62,254 nucleotides of DNA, filler included, from Bacteriovoracaceae bacterium (GCA_018649885.1; 4 parts of 4 records of this genome joined end to end with filler, not necessarily neighbours in it); one strand, 5' to 3'; shown: positions 46,881 to 57,548, numbered from the whole stretch's first letter. Notes: generated by a model not told the origin, from the letters alone. Translations and numbers: made by a program.

Positions 46881-48008
46881 ATGAAAAATTTTCTGATCAC
46901 CATTCTTTATTTAGCTACCGCTAACTTATTGGCCAGTGAAGTTACTCTTGATGATGAAATGTGGCACGATATGGGCTCAAAATATAAAACAGGCTATGAG
47001 TGGTATTACTTTGATGTTGATAATCATGATGGCGGGCAAATATCATTTATTATGTTTGGCCCCAATCAGTTTGATCCCAAGTATACAAAGCATCTTTTTA
47101 GAGACCCTAAAAATCATGTTGGAACCATTGCTCAAATTTATCTTCCTGAAGGCAAGCAATTTGATGTTAAATCTTATTTACACAATAAGAAGAGTCTCAA
47201 ATTCCAGAAGACTCCTTTTGAATTTTCAATAAAAGAAAATTCCATAAAAAGAAGTGTACAAGCAAATGGCCTACCAAATTACCTTTTAACAATCAATTCA
47301 TATGACAAGGACAAGAATATTGGGATTAAAGGCCGACTAAATTTTCAGTCTGTTCAAAAAGGGTGGATGTTTAAAGATGGATATACTTTCAAAAGGAAAA
47401 CTCTATTTAAAAATATATTTCATAGATGGTTTGTAGTTATCCCTAGAGCTAATGTTACTGGATCCTACACAATCACCTATAGCGATGGATCAAAAAGAAA
47501 AGTTAATGTAAACGGAATTGGTTACCATGATCACAATTATGGATCTGCTCCATTTAATTTGCACCTTAAAAGCTGGTACTGGGGAAGGGCCTATACAAAA
47601 GATAAAACTCTAATATATGCAAAATTCATCCCACAAACACCAAATCTCTTTGGAATCAAACCTGAAACCCTCCTATATTTTGCAGATGCAAGGAAAGTCT
47701 ATCTGGGTACAGATAGTGCTGAAATTGAGATGAATAAAAAAAGTGATTACATTGTAGCTGAAAATGGCATTCGCATTCCAAAGGATATTTCCATCAAATC
47801 AAGTGATCAATTTGGACGACAATACCGATTTGAGTTCAGAAAAAAAGACTATGCGATAAATAGTATTCATCCATTTTATTATCGGTATGCTACAGAAGTA
47901 GAAATTAACTGTCCTATAAGTTTAGTATGCGCTGACAGATCAACTGCTCTAAGCGAGAAGATAAACCTCAATAAACTTATGCCTTGGATTATAAAAGAAA
48001 TATTCTAA
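46881..48008 (+). CDS. Secreted CrtC/AttH/tocopherol-cyclase-like (lipocalin-fold hydratase) protein
   Basis: YEWYYFD, GYHDHNYG and WYWGR motifs; signal peptide. Confidence 0.75.
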   Translation: MKNFLITILYLATANLLASEVTLDDEMWHDMGSKYKTGYEWYYFDVDNHDGGQISFIMFGPNQFDPKYTKHLFRDPKNHVGTIAQIYLPEGKQFDVKSYLHNKKSLKFQKTPFEFSIKENSIKRSVQANGLPNYLLTINSYDKDKNIGIKGRLNFQSVQKGWMFKDGYTFKRKTLFKNIFHRWFVVIPRANVTGSYTITYSDGSKRKVNVNGIGYHDHNYGSAPFNLHLKSWYWGRAYTKDKTLIYAKFIPQTPNLFGIKPETLLYFADARKVYLGTDSAEIEMNKKSDYIVAENGIRIPKDISIKSSDQFGRQYRFEFRKKDYAINSIHPFYYRYATEVEINCPISLVCADRSTALSEKINLNKLMPWIIKEIF

Positions 48009-48026
48009 AATAATGTCAGAGAAGAA

Positions 48027-49022
48027 TTATTTACTCGCAACTAATAGAGAAACAGGCCCTTTGGTATCAATGGCGCCTTGGTAAGTAAAACCTGCTCTTT
48101 CAAAGAGTGTTTTAAACTCACTTTCTGTTCTCTCTTGACCGGTAGTCATGGCCAACATTTCAATATCTAATAATTTACCAAGAGAAGGCTCATTAATAGC
48201 TCCAATAATATTGGAGCCGATATATAGCTTTCCTCCAGGTTCGAGGGCCTTATGTGAATTTTCAAGAATTTTAAGACAGCTATTATCATCCCAATCGTGA
48301 AGAATAAAAGTCATAATGTGAGCGTCAGCACCCGCCGGGATTTCTTCAAAAAAGTCTCCACCAAAAATTTCAAAAGCGATTTCTCCCTTTCCACTGGCAC
48401 CGGCCACAACGTGTGGTATATCAAATACACCACATTTTAAGTGATCATTTTTTTCCATAATTTGAGCTACTAGATGTCCATGCCCTCCACCGATATCATA
48501 AAGGCACTTGGCGCCTGACAAATCAATGGCATTTGCAATTAATCCGTGAACTCCTTTCACATTACTAGTCATGGCAGTGTTGAAAACTTCTGAAATTTCT
48601 TTGTTGTTTTGAAAATAATCAAAAATCGGTTTATCAAATTTTTTATTAAATGCAGGCTTTCCTGATTCCACACTGTATTGAAGATACTCCCATGCTTGAT
48701 CGTGAATTGGATCATTGAACCACATTAGCATCCCTCTTTGTGATCCAGGTTTATCAAGTAAGCACTCTGCAAGAGGAGTTAATTCAAATTCCTTATTCTC
48801 TCTTTCTTTAAATATACCCACACTACAAAGTGCTCTCATCAATCTATAAAGAGAGCTTTCGTGGGCATTGGTTTTTTTTGCAAGCGCGCCTATGGAGTTA
48901 GATCCCTGCTCAATATGATCTGCAATATTCAGCTTTGCAGCAACGTACATAGGTTTTGTCACCATTTTTGCTGTCGCCATTGATAAAAACTGCTGAGAAA
49001 TAGTCATATCTTTTGAGTTCAT
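48027..49022 (-). CDS. SAM-dependent O-methyltransferase (Methyltransf_2 with dimerisation domain)
   Basis: LYRLMRAL, DIGGGHG, GDFF, ILHDWDD, GQERT. Confidence 0.93.
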   Translation of the reverse strand: MNSKDMTISQQFLSMATAKMVTKPMYVAAKLNIADHIEQGSNSIGALAKKTNAHESSLYRLMRALCSVGIFKERENKEFELTPLAECLLDKPGSQRGMLMWFNDPIHDQAWEYLQYSVESGKPAFNKKFDKPIFDYFQNNKEISEVFNTAMTSNVKGVHGLIANAIDLSGAKCLYDIGGGHGHLVAQIMEKNDHLKCGVFDIPHVVAGASGKGEIAFEIFGGDFFEEIPAGADAHIMTFILHDWDDNSCLKILENSHKALEPGGKLYIGSNIIGAINEPSLGKLLDIEMLAMTTGQERTESEFKTLFERAGFTYQGAIDTKGPVSLLVASK

Positions 49023-49139
49023 AATGTCTCCATAAAATTGATTGTTCCAAATCATAACCCAAAAACAATTCAGCTGGAAGATCCATTTACCACATATAAA
49101 ACCTTATCAAAGCAGTGGGTTTATGGCATCTTGAGCTCT

Positions 49140-49622
49140 ATGGCACATATCCACGAAATTTTTATTTCTCCCTCTTCAAATTACTGGTCTCACAAGGTAG
49201 GAACGCCTGGGAAAGCACCGACTCACACTCCACAAGAGATTGAGGCCCATGCGGGTGCAGGACTTGTAGGTGATCGCTTCTATGAGTTTAAGGAAAATTA
49301 TCAGGGACAAGTCAGTTTTATGGAGCTTGAGGCCTTGGAAGAGTTGAAAAAAATGGGTGGCAGTGAAGTTTCGAATAGCGTCTTTAGAAGAAATATTATT
49401 ATCAGCGGAGTTGATCCACTGATTCTGATCGGCAAAGAATTTAAAATTGGAACTGCTAAATTTAAAGGTTGTGTGGATTGTACCCCTTGTGCCTGGATGG
49501 ACTTTGCAGCCGGGGATGGGGCATTTAATTGGCTAAATGAAAATAATAAGGGTGGACTCCGTGCCCAAATCCTTGAATCCGGCACAATGAAAATCGGTGA
49601 TTCATTAACTATTCTGACTTAA
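49140..49622 (+). CDS. MOSC domain protein
   Basis: GLVGDRF, FRRNI, CTPC, GGLRAQILESG. Confidence 0.88.
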   Translation: MAHIHEIFISPSSNYWSHKVGTPGKAPTHTPQEIEAHAGAGLVGDRFYEFKENYQGQVSFMELEALEELKKMGGSEVSNSVFRRNIIISGVDPLILIGKEFKIGTAKFKGCVDCTPCAWMDFAAGDGAFNWLNENNKGGLRAQILESGTMKIGDSLTILT

Positions 49623-49626
49623 AAAT

Positions 49627-50439
49627 TTAATCTTTAATTGATAAAGACTGCTCGTAGACTTGGTTTGATTCTAATTCAATAGCAGTGAGTACTCCACCGT
49701 AAACACATCCAGTATCTAGAGCAATTGCATTTTTAACTCCCTTATTTACTTTTCCATGCATGGCCCAATGTCCAAAAATGAACCTTGCTTTTTCTGATTC
49801 ATTTCGAAGTAAGTACCACGGGGTTAAATGATCTGGTGTGTTCTCCACTGAGTCCCAGTACTTTAAATTGAGATGGCCATTTTTATCAATGGTCCTGGCC
49901 CTTGTGAGTACACTCAAAGTCAGCGCCAAATCGTAGACTCTTCCCTTTTCAGGCTCCTCTTTTTTTGGCTTATCTTTTTTCCACGATTTTAATACATCAA
50001 AAACTAAATCAGAACTCAAGGCCTGTTCGCAATCTGTAGCTCTATTTTGTAATTCTTTTAAAGACCAGTTGGGCAGCACCCCTGCGTGGATGAAAAAATC
50101 ATTTTTCATTTTGATTAATAATTTTTGAGATTTAATAAATCCTTCAAATTCATTTTTTCTGCTGGAATCTAAAATATCTTTTGTTTCAGGAAATTTTAGT
50201 TTCTTGGTTATTCCTAAGACATAACACAGAAGATGAAGGTCATGGTTGCCCATCAGTGAAGTAACTTTTACTGGGTGATCAAGAACCCATTCTAGAACTT
50301 TTTTTGAGTTGGCCCCTTTGTTTACTAAATCACCTAAAAGTATCAGTTTATCAACTCCATACTGATATTCCATCTTTTTTAGAAGTTCACAAAAAGTGTA
50401 GTAACAACCGTGAATATCCCCAACAGCAAAAACTCTCAC
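49627..50439 (-). CDS. apaH: Symmetrical bis(5'-nucleosyl)-tetraphosphatase
   Basis: GDIHGC, GDLVNKG, GNHDLH, HAG, PWY, FGHWA, LDTGCVYGG. Confidence 0.88.
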   Translation of the reverse strand: MRVFAVGDIHGCYYTFCELLKKMEYQYGVDKLILLGDLVNKGANSKKVLEWVLDHPVKVTSLMGNHDLHLLCYVLGITKKLKFPETKDILDSSRKNEFEGFIKSQKLLIKMKNDFFIHAGVLPNWSLKELQNRATDCEQALSSDLVFDVLKSWKKDKPKKEEPEKGRVYDLALTLSVLTRARTIDKNGHLNLKYWDSVENTPDHLTPWYLLRNESEKARFIFGHWAMHGKVNKGVKNAIALDTGCVYGGVLTAIELESNQVYEQSLSIKD

Positions 50440-50445
50440 AATACT

Positions 50446-51753
50446 TTATTTTCCTTGATCAATACCAATTTTTCTAGAAATGGCCTTAGCACAAACCTCA
50501 CAAAAAGCTCGCCCACTACCCATAGTACAATTTTTTGCAGGAATATGAGACTTCTTTGATACACCTGCGTATCCACCACGAAAAACGCCCAATTGAAAGG
50601 CCCTTCCTGTTGTGGGAATTGGAGTACCCTTTTTTAAAAGACTGGCCCACTTGGTAAATGATCTGGCACTGCCTTGAAAAGTTAAATTTTGTGACCAAGG
50701 CTCCACAGTATTTTTTCCAAATAGTAGCTCAGTCCCACCAGAGGAGTACTCCTCCTGCAATCCAAAGAAATGTCCAAATTCGTGGTGGAGAAGATAAGTA
50801 AAGCTTCTGTTGGCATCAGGAATAGCAGTAAAGAAGTTATAGTTTCCCATCCCCCAATAACCGCGACTTTTAATTAAAACCATGGCGTAATCATAGGGAA
50901 GTTGTGCAAACCCATCCATCAGTTTGGTATAGTCTGTTGGGTATACAACGTTGTACCACCTTCCCATTTCAAAGGACCAGTAGGGATAGTAAAGGCCTAA
51001 AAAAGAATCCCTCACGATTTTCGTTCTTAAATTTTTAGGAGATCCCAGCTCAAGATTTGATGGGTAAAAAACTGCACGAATCTCAAATTGGTCAAAACTT
51101 GGAAAAGATTTGAGTCCTGCAATAACAGAGCTGGCACCACGGTAGAATCTTTTCCGGTCACTTTCGTTATCACCATACCCTTCCGCATATAAATTCAAAA
51201 GTATGGGAGGATTGGCCTTTGACTGCTTTAAAATTGAAACATTAGTTCCATGATTTTGAATAAACTCTTTTAATATATTTGAATCGATTGTTTGACTAAA
51301 AACCTGCTCCAATTTCCCGCTGTCAGAATTTTCACCAAAGATAGTCAGCACTGATTTTCCCTTTATTAGTGGAAATCTGAAAGAAAGTCCCTGCGCATGA
51401 GAGGCGAAATTATATCCCGTACCAATAGATCCATAGTATTTTTCTTTAGGATTGGAGCTGGAAGTTAAGCTCGCCTTAAAACTTCCAAGAGAATCAAGGC
51501 GACTAGATTTCTGGTAAAAGTTTTTTGTCGCTGAATATTCGATCACTGATTTTTTGAGCACAAAAAGACCATGCTCTTTAACAAGGTTGACTCTAATTAC
51601 AGGAAGTCCTACTTTATTTGGAGTACTAATACCAATTTTAGATATCACATCTACTTTTTTTCCCGCTAGCTTGTCTTTTGGTGTGAGGGATTCATTGGGA
51701 TGTGGATTGGAATAAGCGTTGAGTGATAGCAAGATTATAGCTAAAAGTTTCAA
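50446..51753 (-). CDS. Secreted M64-like (IgA peptidase family) metallopeptidase
   Basis: AEGY, HEFGHFFGLQEEY, C-terminal C.M....FCEVC. Confidence 0.85.
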   Translation of the reverse strand: MKLLAIILLSLNAYSNPHPNESLTPKDKLAGKKVDVISKIGISTPNKVGLPVIRVNLVKEHGLFVLKKSVIEYSATKNFYQKSSRLDSLGSFKASLTSSSNPKEKYYGSIGTGYNFASHAQGLSFRFPLIKGKSVLTIFGENSDSGKLEQVFSQTIDSNILKEFIQNHGTNVSILKQSKANPPILLNLYAEGYGDNESDRKRFYRGASSVIAGLKSFPSFDQFEIRAVFYPSNLELGSPKNLRTKIVRDSFLGLYYPYWSFEMGRWYNVVYPTDYTKLMDGFAQLPYDYAMVLIKSRGYWGMGNYNFFTAIPDANRSFTYLLHHEFGHFFGLQEEYSSGGTELLFGKNTVEPWSQNLTFQGSARSFTKWASLLKKGTPIPTTGRAFQLGVFRGGYAGVSKKSHIPAKNCTMGSGRAFCEVCAKAISRKIGIDQGK

Positions 51754-51924
51754 AATATCTCTCCTTAATATTTTTTAAAATTATAGCATAGAAAAAGACG
51801 GCTATGAAAGTGGAAAACGCCTGAATTCTAATCAATAAAACTCAGGCGTTTGGACACATATGAAACGGAGTTAAAGGTATAGAACCTTTAGATGTCATGC
51901 TTTTGCATGCCACCTCTTTTTAAT

Positions 51925-52761
51925 TTAATCAATTAATCTTTCAAGTTTATTACCCAATACTTCATAGGCCTTAGCTGCACACCTAAGTTCATTGTCATAT
52001 TGTGGGTAAAAAGCAGGTCTTGTAAGCTTAACATTATTTGTTACATTTCTAACTAGCGCTCTAAGCTCATCTGAAGCACCATTGTAACTTTGATACAATT
52101 TGTATCTGGCGTTATCCATAAGTTCAGGTATGCTAAAATTTGCTGCTAGTCTTCTAGCACTGGCGGCTTCACTTTCAGCCTTATTAACTTTCATTCTCAA
52201 TTCATGAATTCGATTTTTCACAAAGGCAACGACTGACTGTCTTGCAGCACTTGGCCCTGCCACATCGGCCATGATGTCTTGTAATTCATCAATACTTGGC
52301 CTCAATCTCATTTTAAGATCATCAGCCTCCCTTTCTAATCTTTTAGCACGAGAATTTAAATCGCCTTTTTTACTTTTGGCCATTAACCTAGCATTTTCAA
52401 GTTCACTAAACCTAGCTCTAATCCTATCAGTGGCCGTTTCAAACTTCTTGGATTGTTTACTAAGGATAGGAAATTGTGAGTAATTACTGATAAATAGTCT
52501 ATCAGCTTGATTTTCAAGTTTCTGAACAAGAGATTTAATTGTATCATTTTCCAGTGCACCACTCAGTTTCATTCCTCTATTTCTCAAATTATTCTTTTTT
52601 AAATAATTTGGTCTATTACATTTAGATCTATTAAATCGTTGATGACTATGAGAAACAAAATCGCTCTCGCTATAAATCTTAATTGTAATAGTAAATGTTG
52701 TCGCAAGAGCTGTAGTTGCCAATGCAAACAATGAGACTGCTTTAATAATTGATTTATTCAT
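51925..52761 (-). CDS. Hypothetical secreted coiled-coil protein
   Basis: GGAGG RBS, signal peptide, Arg-rich heptads. Confidence 0.7.
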   Translation of the reverse strand: MNKSIIKAVSLFALATTALATTFTITIKIYSESDFVSHSHQRFNRSKCNRPNYLKKNNLRNRGMKLSGALENDTIKSLVQKLENQADRLFISNYSQFPILSKQSKKFETATDRIRARFSELENARLMAKSKKGDLNSRAKRLEREADDLKMRLRPSIDELQDIMADVAGPSAARQSVVAFVKNRIHELRMKVNKAESEAASARRLAANFSIPELMDNARYKLYQSYNGASDELRALVRNVTNNVKLTRPAFYPQYDNELRCAAKAYEVLGNKLERLID

Positions 52762-52955
52762 ATTTCCTCCAAAATGTTTTGTACCCACAAACATTAACCC
52801 ATTTTCAGGTGGCGGTTGAAAAACCGAACAGGATTTTAATCTCATAATTGTGACCATAGATTTTTTTCAGGAGCTGTCTAAAAAGTACTCAAAGGGAAAA
52901 AAAATCTGAACACAAAAATGTGACTTTTCATTCCTCCAGGGGCATGATTAATTTC

Positions 52956-54173
52956 ATGAGCTTAGACAAAGACATCTACATTAAAAATATAAAAAGAGTG
53001 TATCTCTTTTCTTATTTTTGGATGTTTCTAGTCATTATGCCGGTTGTAGTGCCCTATTTCACGAGTCTTGGTCTATCTATGGAGCAAATCTTTAAGCTTC
53101 AAGCAATATTTGGATTTACGGTTGCAGTATGTGAGGTTCCCTCAGGCTACCTATGTGATTTATTTGGAAGAAAAATGACTCTATCTATAGGCTCCTTTCT
53201 TTCAGCGCTTGGGTTTACCTGGCTAGTGAGCATGGATAGCTTTACCGAGTTAGTTTATTACGAAATTGTCATTGGAGTAGCTGCTTCACTTGTATCCGGT
53301 ACAAATATTTCGATCCTCTACGATTCTCTCAGTCATATTGGTGACGACAGGGGTTTAAGAACAAAGGCCATGGCCAATATGCAAATGGCCCATATGGGTG
53401 GAGAATCCACAGCCTCTATAATTGGGGGACTTCTTGTTAGCATTTCTTTTAAAGCTGTAGTAATCGCCCACGCAATTACAAGTTGGTTTCCATTTATAGT
53501 CTCTCTAACTCTCTATGAGCCTCCCTATAAAAAAATGGATAAGAATCAACATGTGAAAAATATGAAAGAAATTTTATTTCATCTTTTTAAATCTGATAAA
53601 TTGATTTTACTCATTTTTCTAAATTTAGTTGTTTGGGGGTTGTCTTCTTTCATAGCCGTTTGGATTTTTCAAAAATACTGGCAAAGCGAGAATATTCCAC
53701 TGGCGTATTTTGGCCTTCTTTGGGCGGGTTATAACTTCTTTGTAGGAATTGTGGGCAAGCAAATTCACTTTCTTGAAAAAAGATTTGGACCCACTGTCTT
53801 ACTAGTAGGTCTCGCCCTACTTCCAGTAGCGGGATATTTCGGCATGGCCTACTTTTCTGGATGGCTGGGAATAACAGTGGGCCTGTGCTTTCAGGCCAGT
53901 CGTGGAATCACCAATATACTTCTTCGCGATGCCTTTAACTGGAGAATTCCAAGCCAGTTTAGGGCAACCGCCAACTCACTCACAAGCCTGGCCTTTCGTT
54001 TTGGATTCTGTTTAGTGGGACCTTTTGTGGGGTATATGGTCGACAAAAAAGGCCTATCCATATCATTACAGTATATTGGCCTGGTATTCGCTATATTATT
54101 TGTAGCACTTATGATTCCACTGATCTTAGAAGTCCGAAAACTTGACTCAAATAGCCTCGGAAAGAACTGCTAA
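52956..54173 (+). CDS. MFS transporter (YxaM-like)
   Basis: EVPSGYLCDLFGRK, SGT..SILYDSL, RATANS; about 12 TM segments. Confidence 0.9.
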   Translation: MSLDKDIYIKNIKRVYLFSYFWMFLVIMPVVVPYFTSLGLSMEQIFKLQAIFGFTVAVCEVPSGYLCDLFGRKMTLSIGSFLSALGFTWLVSMDSFTELVYYEIVIGVAASLVSGTNISILYDSLSHIGDDRGLRTKAMANMQMAHMGGESTASIIGGLLVSISFKAVVIAHAITSWFPFIVSLTLYEPPYKKMDKNQHVKNMKEILFHLFKSDKLILLIFLNLVVWGLSSFIAVWIFQKYWQSENIPLAYFGLLWAGYNFFVGIVGKQIHFLEKRFGPTVLLVGLALLPVAGYFGMAYFSGWLGITVGLCFQASRGITNILLRDAFNWRIPSQFRATANSLTSLAFRFGFCLVGPFVGYMVDKKGLSISLQYIGLVFAILFVALMIPLILEVRKLDSNSLGKNC

Positions 54174-54283
54174 TGGGCGAGTTCTTGTCATGGAATTTAG
54201 CATCGAATAAGCTAATGGAAATCATAAATTCTCGCCACCTTTAAGATTAGAATAGGGCTTGTAATAACCAAAGGATAAACGAA

Positions 54284-54679
54284 ATGCAAATTCTTGAAGA
54301 CCAAATGGCTGAAAATTATGTAACAAATAACCTTACTATCGTCACTCCAGATGCCAGTGTCACTGAGGTTTATGATCTAATGCAAAGAACTCAAATCAGG
54401 CACGTCCCAGTAGTCGAAGCGGGAAAAGCTGTAGGCATAATCTCTGATCGCGATATCAGATTTGTATCTTACTCTACAAATGTCACTCAACTTCTAGCCA
54501 GTGATATTATGACAAGTGAGCCCTATTCAGTTCAACTTAATACTCCACTAAAAGAAATTGTGACATACATGTCTAAGAAGAAAATTAATTCTACTCTTAT
54601 ACACAATAGTGATGACAAAGTTGTGGGAATTTTTACATCTACAGATGCTCTCAACATTCTTGCCGATCACATAAAATAA
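54284..54679 (+). CDS. CBS-domain pair protein
   Basis: IRHVPVV, GIISDRD, GIFTSTDAL. Confidence 0.9.
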   Translation: MQILEDQMAENYVTNNLTIVTPDASVTEVYDLMQRTQIRHVPVVEAGKAVGIISDRDIRFVSYSTNVTQLLASDIMTSEPYSVQLNTPLKEIVTYMSKKKINSTLIHNSDDKVVGIFTSTDALNILADHIK

Positions 54680-54688
54680 GGCCGAAAA

Positions 54689-55159
54689 ATGAAATTCATT
54701 AGAGACTTAAAAAAGACAATGATTGGAGAATTTGTGACAACTTTTATCTCTACTGTAGATGAAAGTACATCACTCAATGAAATTCAAGAAATGATGGACA
54801 TTGAAAAGATTAGGCATATTCCCATTACTAGCAAAGAGGGAAAGGCCCTGGGAATAATCTCTGATAGGGATGTAGCTGTCATAAGCAATCTTGAGCTTGC
54901 AAAGAAATACACTGCAGGTGACTTAATGACTCCCAATCCCTATTGTGTCAAAAGTGACTCTCCACTCAGGGAAGTCGTGGCAGAGATGGCCAGGAAAAAA
55001 TATGGATCTGTCCTTGTTAAAAGTGAAGAAGATAAAGTAATAGGTATTTTTACTTCAACGGATGCTCTACACGCTCTTCATGACCTGTTAGGTGAAGAAA
55101 TTCTAGAAGATAGTGAGTACTACAAAAGCTTTATTTCCAATTATGGAGGCCACTCCTAG
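54689..55159 (+). CDS. CBS-domain pair protein (tandem paralog)
   Basis: IRHIPI, GIISDRD, GIFTSTDAL. Confidence 0.9.
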   Translation: MKFIRDLKKTMIGEFVTTFISTVDESTSLNEIQEMMDIEKIRHIPITSKEGKALGIISDRDVAVISNLELAKKYTAGDLMTPNPYCVKSDSPLREVVAEMARKKYGSVLVKSEEDKVIGIFTSTDALHALHDLLGEEILEDSEYYKSFISNYGGHS

Positions 55160-55617
55160 TGGACTGGCCTCAGAACTAGAACATCACAGGGTGCTGATTC
55201 TGTTAAAAAGAATGAAAATGATTCTTTAAATAGACCCTTAGCTCCCTGTTCCCCTCTAGTGGCAACAATCACTAAATCAGCGTCAACCTTTTCCAAATGT
55301 TCAATGGCCGTAATATTACAATCATTTCCCAGCAAGCATTCATTTTTAATTATCTTAATATCCACATTGTGATTTGCTGTGATTTCATCTCTTAGATTAT
55401 CAAGATCTTTTGCAATAAAATCTCTAATCACAGTAAGGTCTTTTTCACCCTGTAAATTCACTGGTAAATACTTGCGAAAGCTTTCGTTAAAATAATTAAT
55501 TAAGTAAATATTTTCAGCACTCTCTAAAAGAGCATTGTCAAAAACACTTTTAAGATGATCTCTCGTAGCCCCACGCATGGAAACCTCTATAACAATATTC
55601 TTATAATGATGGCACAT
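55156..55617 (-). CDS. Universal stress protein (USP)
   Basis: ADLVIVATRG..G..GLF.SFS.....APCDVLVLRP. Confidence 0.85.
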   Translation of the reverse strand: MCHHYKNIVIEVSMRGATRDHLKSVFDNALLESAENIYLINYFNESFRKYLPVNLQGEKDLTVIRDFIAKDLDNLRDEITANHNVDIKIIKNECLLGNDCNITAIEHLEKVDADLVIVATRGEQGAKGLFKESFSFFLTESAPCDVLVLRPVH

Positions 55618-56785
55618 ATTCCCTCCTGACTTTTTGACCTTTTAAAGACCTTGGAACAAAAATAAACTTCCGAAGCTCCCTTAACTCTCTTTTAACTTCA
55701 TCTGGAATATCCGTCCCCCTCGATCCTGTAAATGATGAGATGACCTGACTTTCATATTCTTTAAAACACTTTCTCGCATAAGCTTGTTTACTAAATTTTT
55801 TCACACACATTTTCAAATAAAGATCAGAGTGTGAGAAATAAAAATTATAGTTTAAGACTCTATCTGAAAGAGCATACCAATAAATGGCCTCTGCCATATT
55901 CTCTTGCTTAGGAGTCCCATTTAAGTAACGACCCAAATTTGCCATAAGATTAATGAGAAAAATTTCATCCGCTCCCTCTAGTCTAAAGACATCATCCCCA
56001 TCATCAAACTTACCCAAGTGACTGCTAATATATGTCTGAAAGTGGTCCCAGTTTTCGTCTAATGTGTTGTGATTTTTGCTATTCGACAATTTCTTGAGCC
56101 CGCTAGACCAATCCACAAGAGTTTCTTTAATAAATGGACTTGGTCTTTTAGATCCCAAATACTTTTGAAGCATTGCCAGAGCGCGACTCAAATTATTCTT
56201 TTGTGCTAAGAAAATAAAGATTGTCCTTTTAAACGCAGTGAGTAAATCTGTACCAGAAAGCTCCCCTCCATCAATGGCCACCTTATAATAGCGCAAGGCC
56301 TTAGAGTAGTTCCTTGTTGTAAACTGAAACTCGGCAAACTCAAAGTCACTTTCAAATTTGTCTCGAAGTGAGTTTCCAAAAATGCCTGAAGACTTTTCGT
56401 CTGAGACATGACACCTACTGCACGCAAGAGGGATGGCCCTCAAAAGTGTGTAGGCATAAGAGTCGTTAATATTTCTTCTAGATTTAAAAAATGATTCTGC
56501 TTCCCGAAAATGCCCTTTTAACACTTCATAGCTTACCGTATAGGGCACACTAGAGTTTTTGAAATGCGACTTGTTTTGAGTCAACTGAGATCTCATTGCC
56601 CCTAAAGTTTGAGCAATTTTTACTCTATCGTTTTTAGAGTATTTTTTACTTCTCTTCATATAAGGAAAAAGGCTTTCCAAATTTTTGGCCATAGACTGCA
56701 TAGATTTTTTAACTGCGGCAGCAGAAGAATTAGTGTTTGCTAATAAAAAGAAGAAAAGTGAAAAGCATAAGGTTAATTTCATCAT
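55601..56785 (-). CDS. Periplasmic monoheme cytochrome c with TPR-like helical C-terminus
   Basis: Signal peptide, CSRCH, helical repeats, GSRGTDIP motif. Confidence 0.7.
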   Translation of the reverse strand: MMKLTLCFSLFFFLLANTNSSAAAVKKSMQSMAKNLESLFPYMKRSKKYSKNDRVKIAQTLGAMRSQLTQNKSHFKNSSVPYTVSYEVLKGHFREAESFFKSRRNINDSYAYTLLRAIPLACSRCHVSDEKSSGIFGNSLRDKFESDFEFAEFQFTTRNYSKALRYYKVAIDGGELSGTDLLTAFKRTIFIFLAQKNNLSRALAMLQKYLGSKRPSPFIKETLVDWSSGLKKLSNSKNHNTLDENWDHFQTYISSHLGKFDDGDDVFRLEGADEIFLINLMANLGRYLNGTPKQENMAEAIYWYALSDRVLNYNFYFSHSDLYLKMCVKKFSKQAYARKCFKEYESQVISSFTGSRGTDIPDEVKRELRELRKFIFVPRSLKGQKVRREYVPSL

Positions 56786-56802
56786 CCAGATTCCTTAAAA
56801 AT

Positions 56803-56827
56803 TAATGGCTCCATCCTGGAGCCATTA
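56803..56827 (-). terminator. Intergenic hairpin
   Basis: TAATGGCTCCA-TCC-TGGAGCCATTA perfect 11-bp stem. Confidence 0.6.
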
Positions 56828-56837
56828 TAATATGGAC

Positions 56838-57548
56838 TTACATCCTAGTAAACAAAGTGTTCACAGATTTTCCTTCCATACTTCTTACGTGAATAAGAAC
56901 AGTTTTCTGCTTTTTAAGCTTATTTGGAAGCTTAACAGTGTATCTGAAAGGCACCTGTGAGCTCTTACACTCTTTACTAACCTGCTTAAGGATAGGAAGT
57001 ACTGCAAAAGCATTCTTTTTATTAGAAACCCATTTAATTTCATCTAGCTCAAAACAATTACTTGGATTAACCCCTACAAGAGAAATCTCATCTCTTTTCT
57101 CATTTTTCTCAATATACTCAACTTTTGCGTAGATATGGTCGTCCATTCTATCATTCTTAGCTTCGCCTACATTCAAGTCGCCATTTAACTCATAAGCTTT
57201 TCCTTCACTAACGACAACATCGTAGCTACCTTCTGCGAGAAGTCCTAGTGAAACTGTCTCAAGAAATGGAACTTCAACTTTTGGGCAAAATGGATTTGAC
57301 TCATGGTAGTGGAGTGCAGTCATTCTAACTTTTACTGTCGTTCCTACAACGTCCATATATGTTGTGGGTGACTGATGACAAAGATTAGGAAGATTGCCTG
57401 ACAAAATAACTTCAACATTATCATTGTCATCAAAACCGTTAATTAAGTAAACCTCAGTTGCTGGAATATCTAGTTCAACCGGTGTTCCCGCAAACGCAAA
57501 TCCCTGTGTCATCAGTAATAGAGTAAAAGCAATTCCTAGTCCTTTCAT
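56838..57548 (-). CDS. Conserved hypothetical secreted protein (Bdellovibrionota-type)
   Basis: Signal peptide, GFDDNDNVEV..G.LPNLCH, HVRSM.G.SVN. Confidence 0.75.
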   Translation of the reverse strand: MKGLGIAFTLLLMTQGFAFAGTPVELDIPATEVYLINGFDDNDNVEVILSGNLPNLCHQSPTTYMDVVGTTVKVRMTALHYHESNPFCPKVEVPFLETVSLGLLAEGSYDVVVSEGKAYELNGDLNVGEAKNDRMDDHIYAKVEYIEKNEKRDEISLVGVNPSNCFELDEIKWVSNKKNAFAVLPILKQVSKECKSSQVPFRYTVKLPNKLKKQKTVLIHVRSMEGKSVNTLFTRM

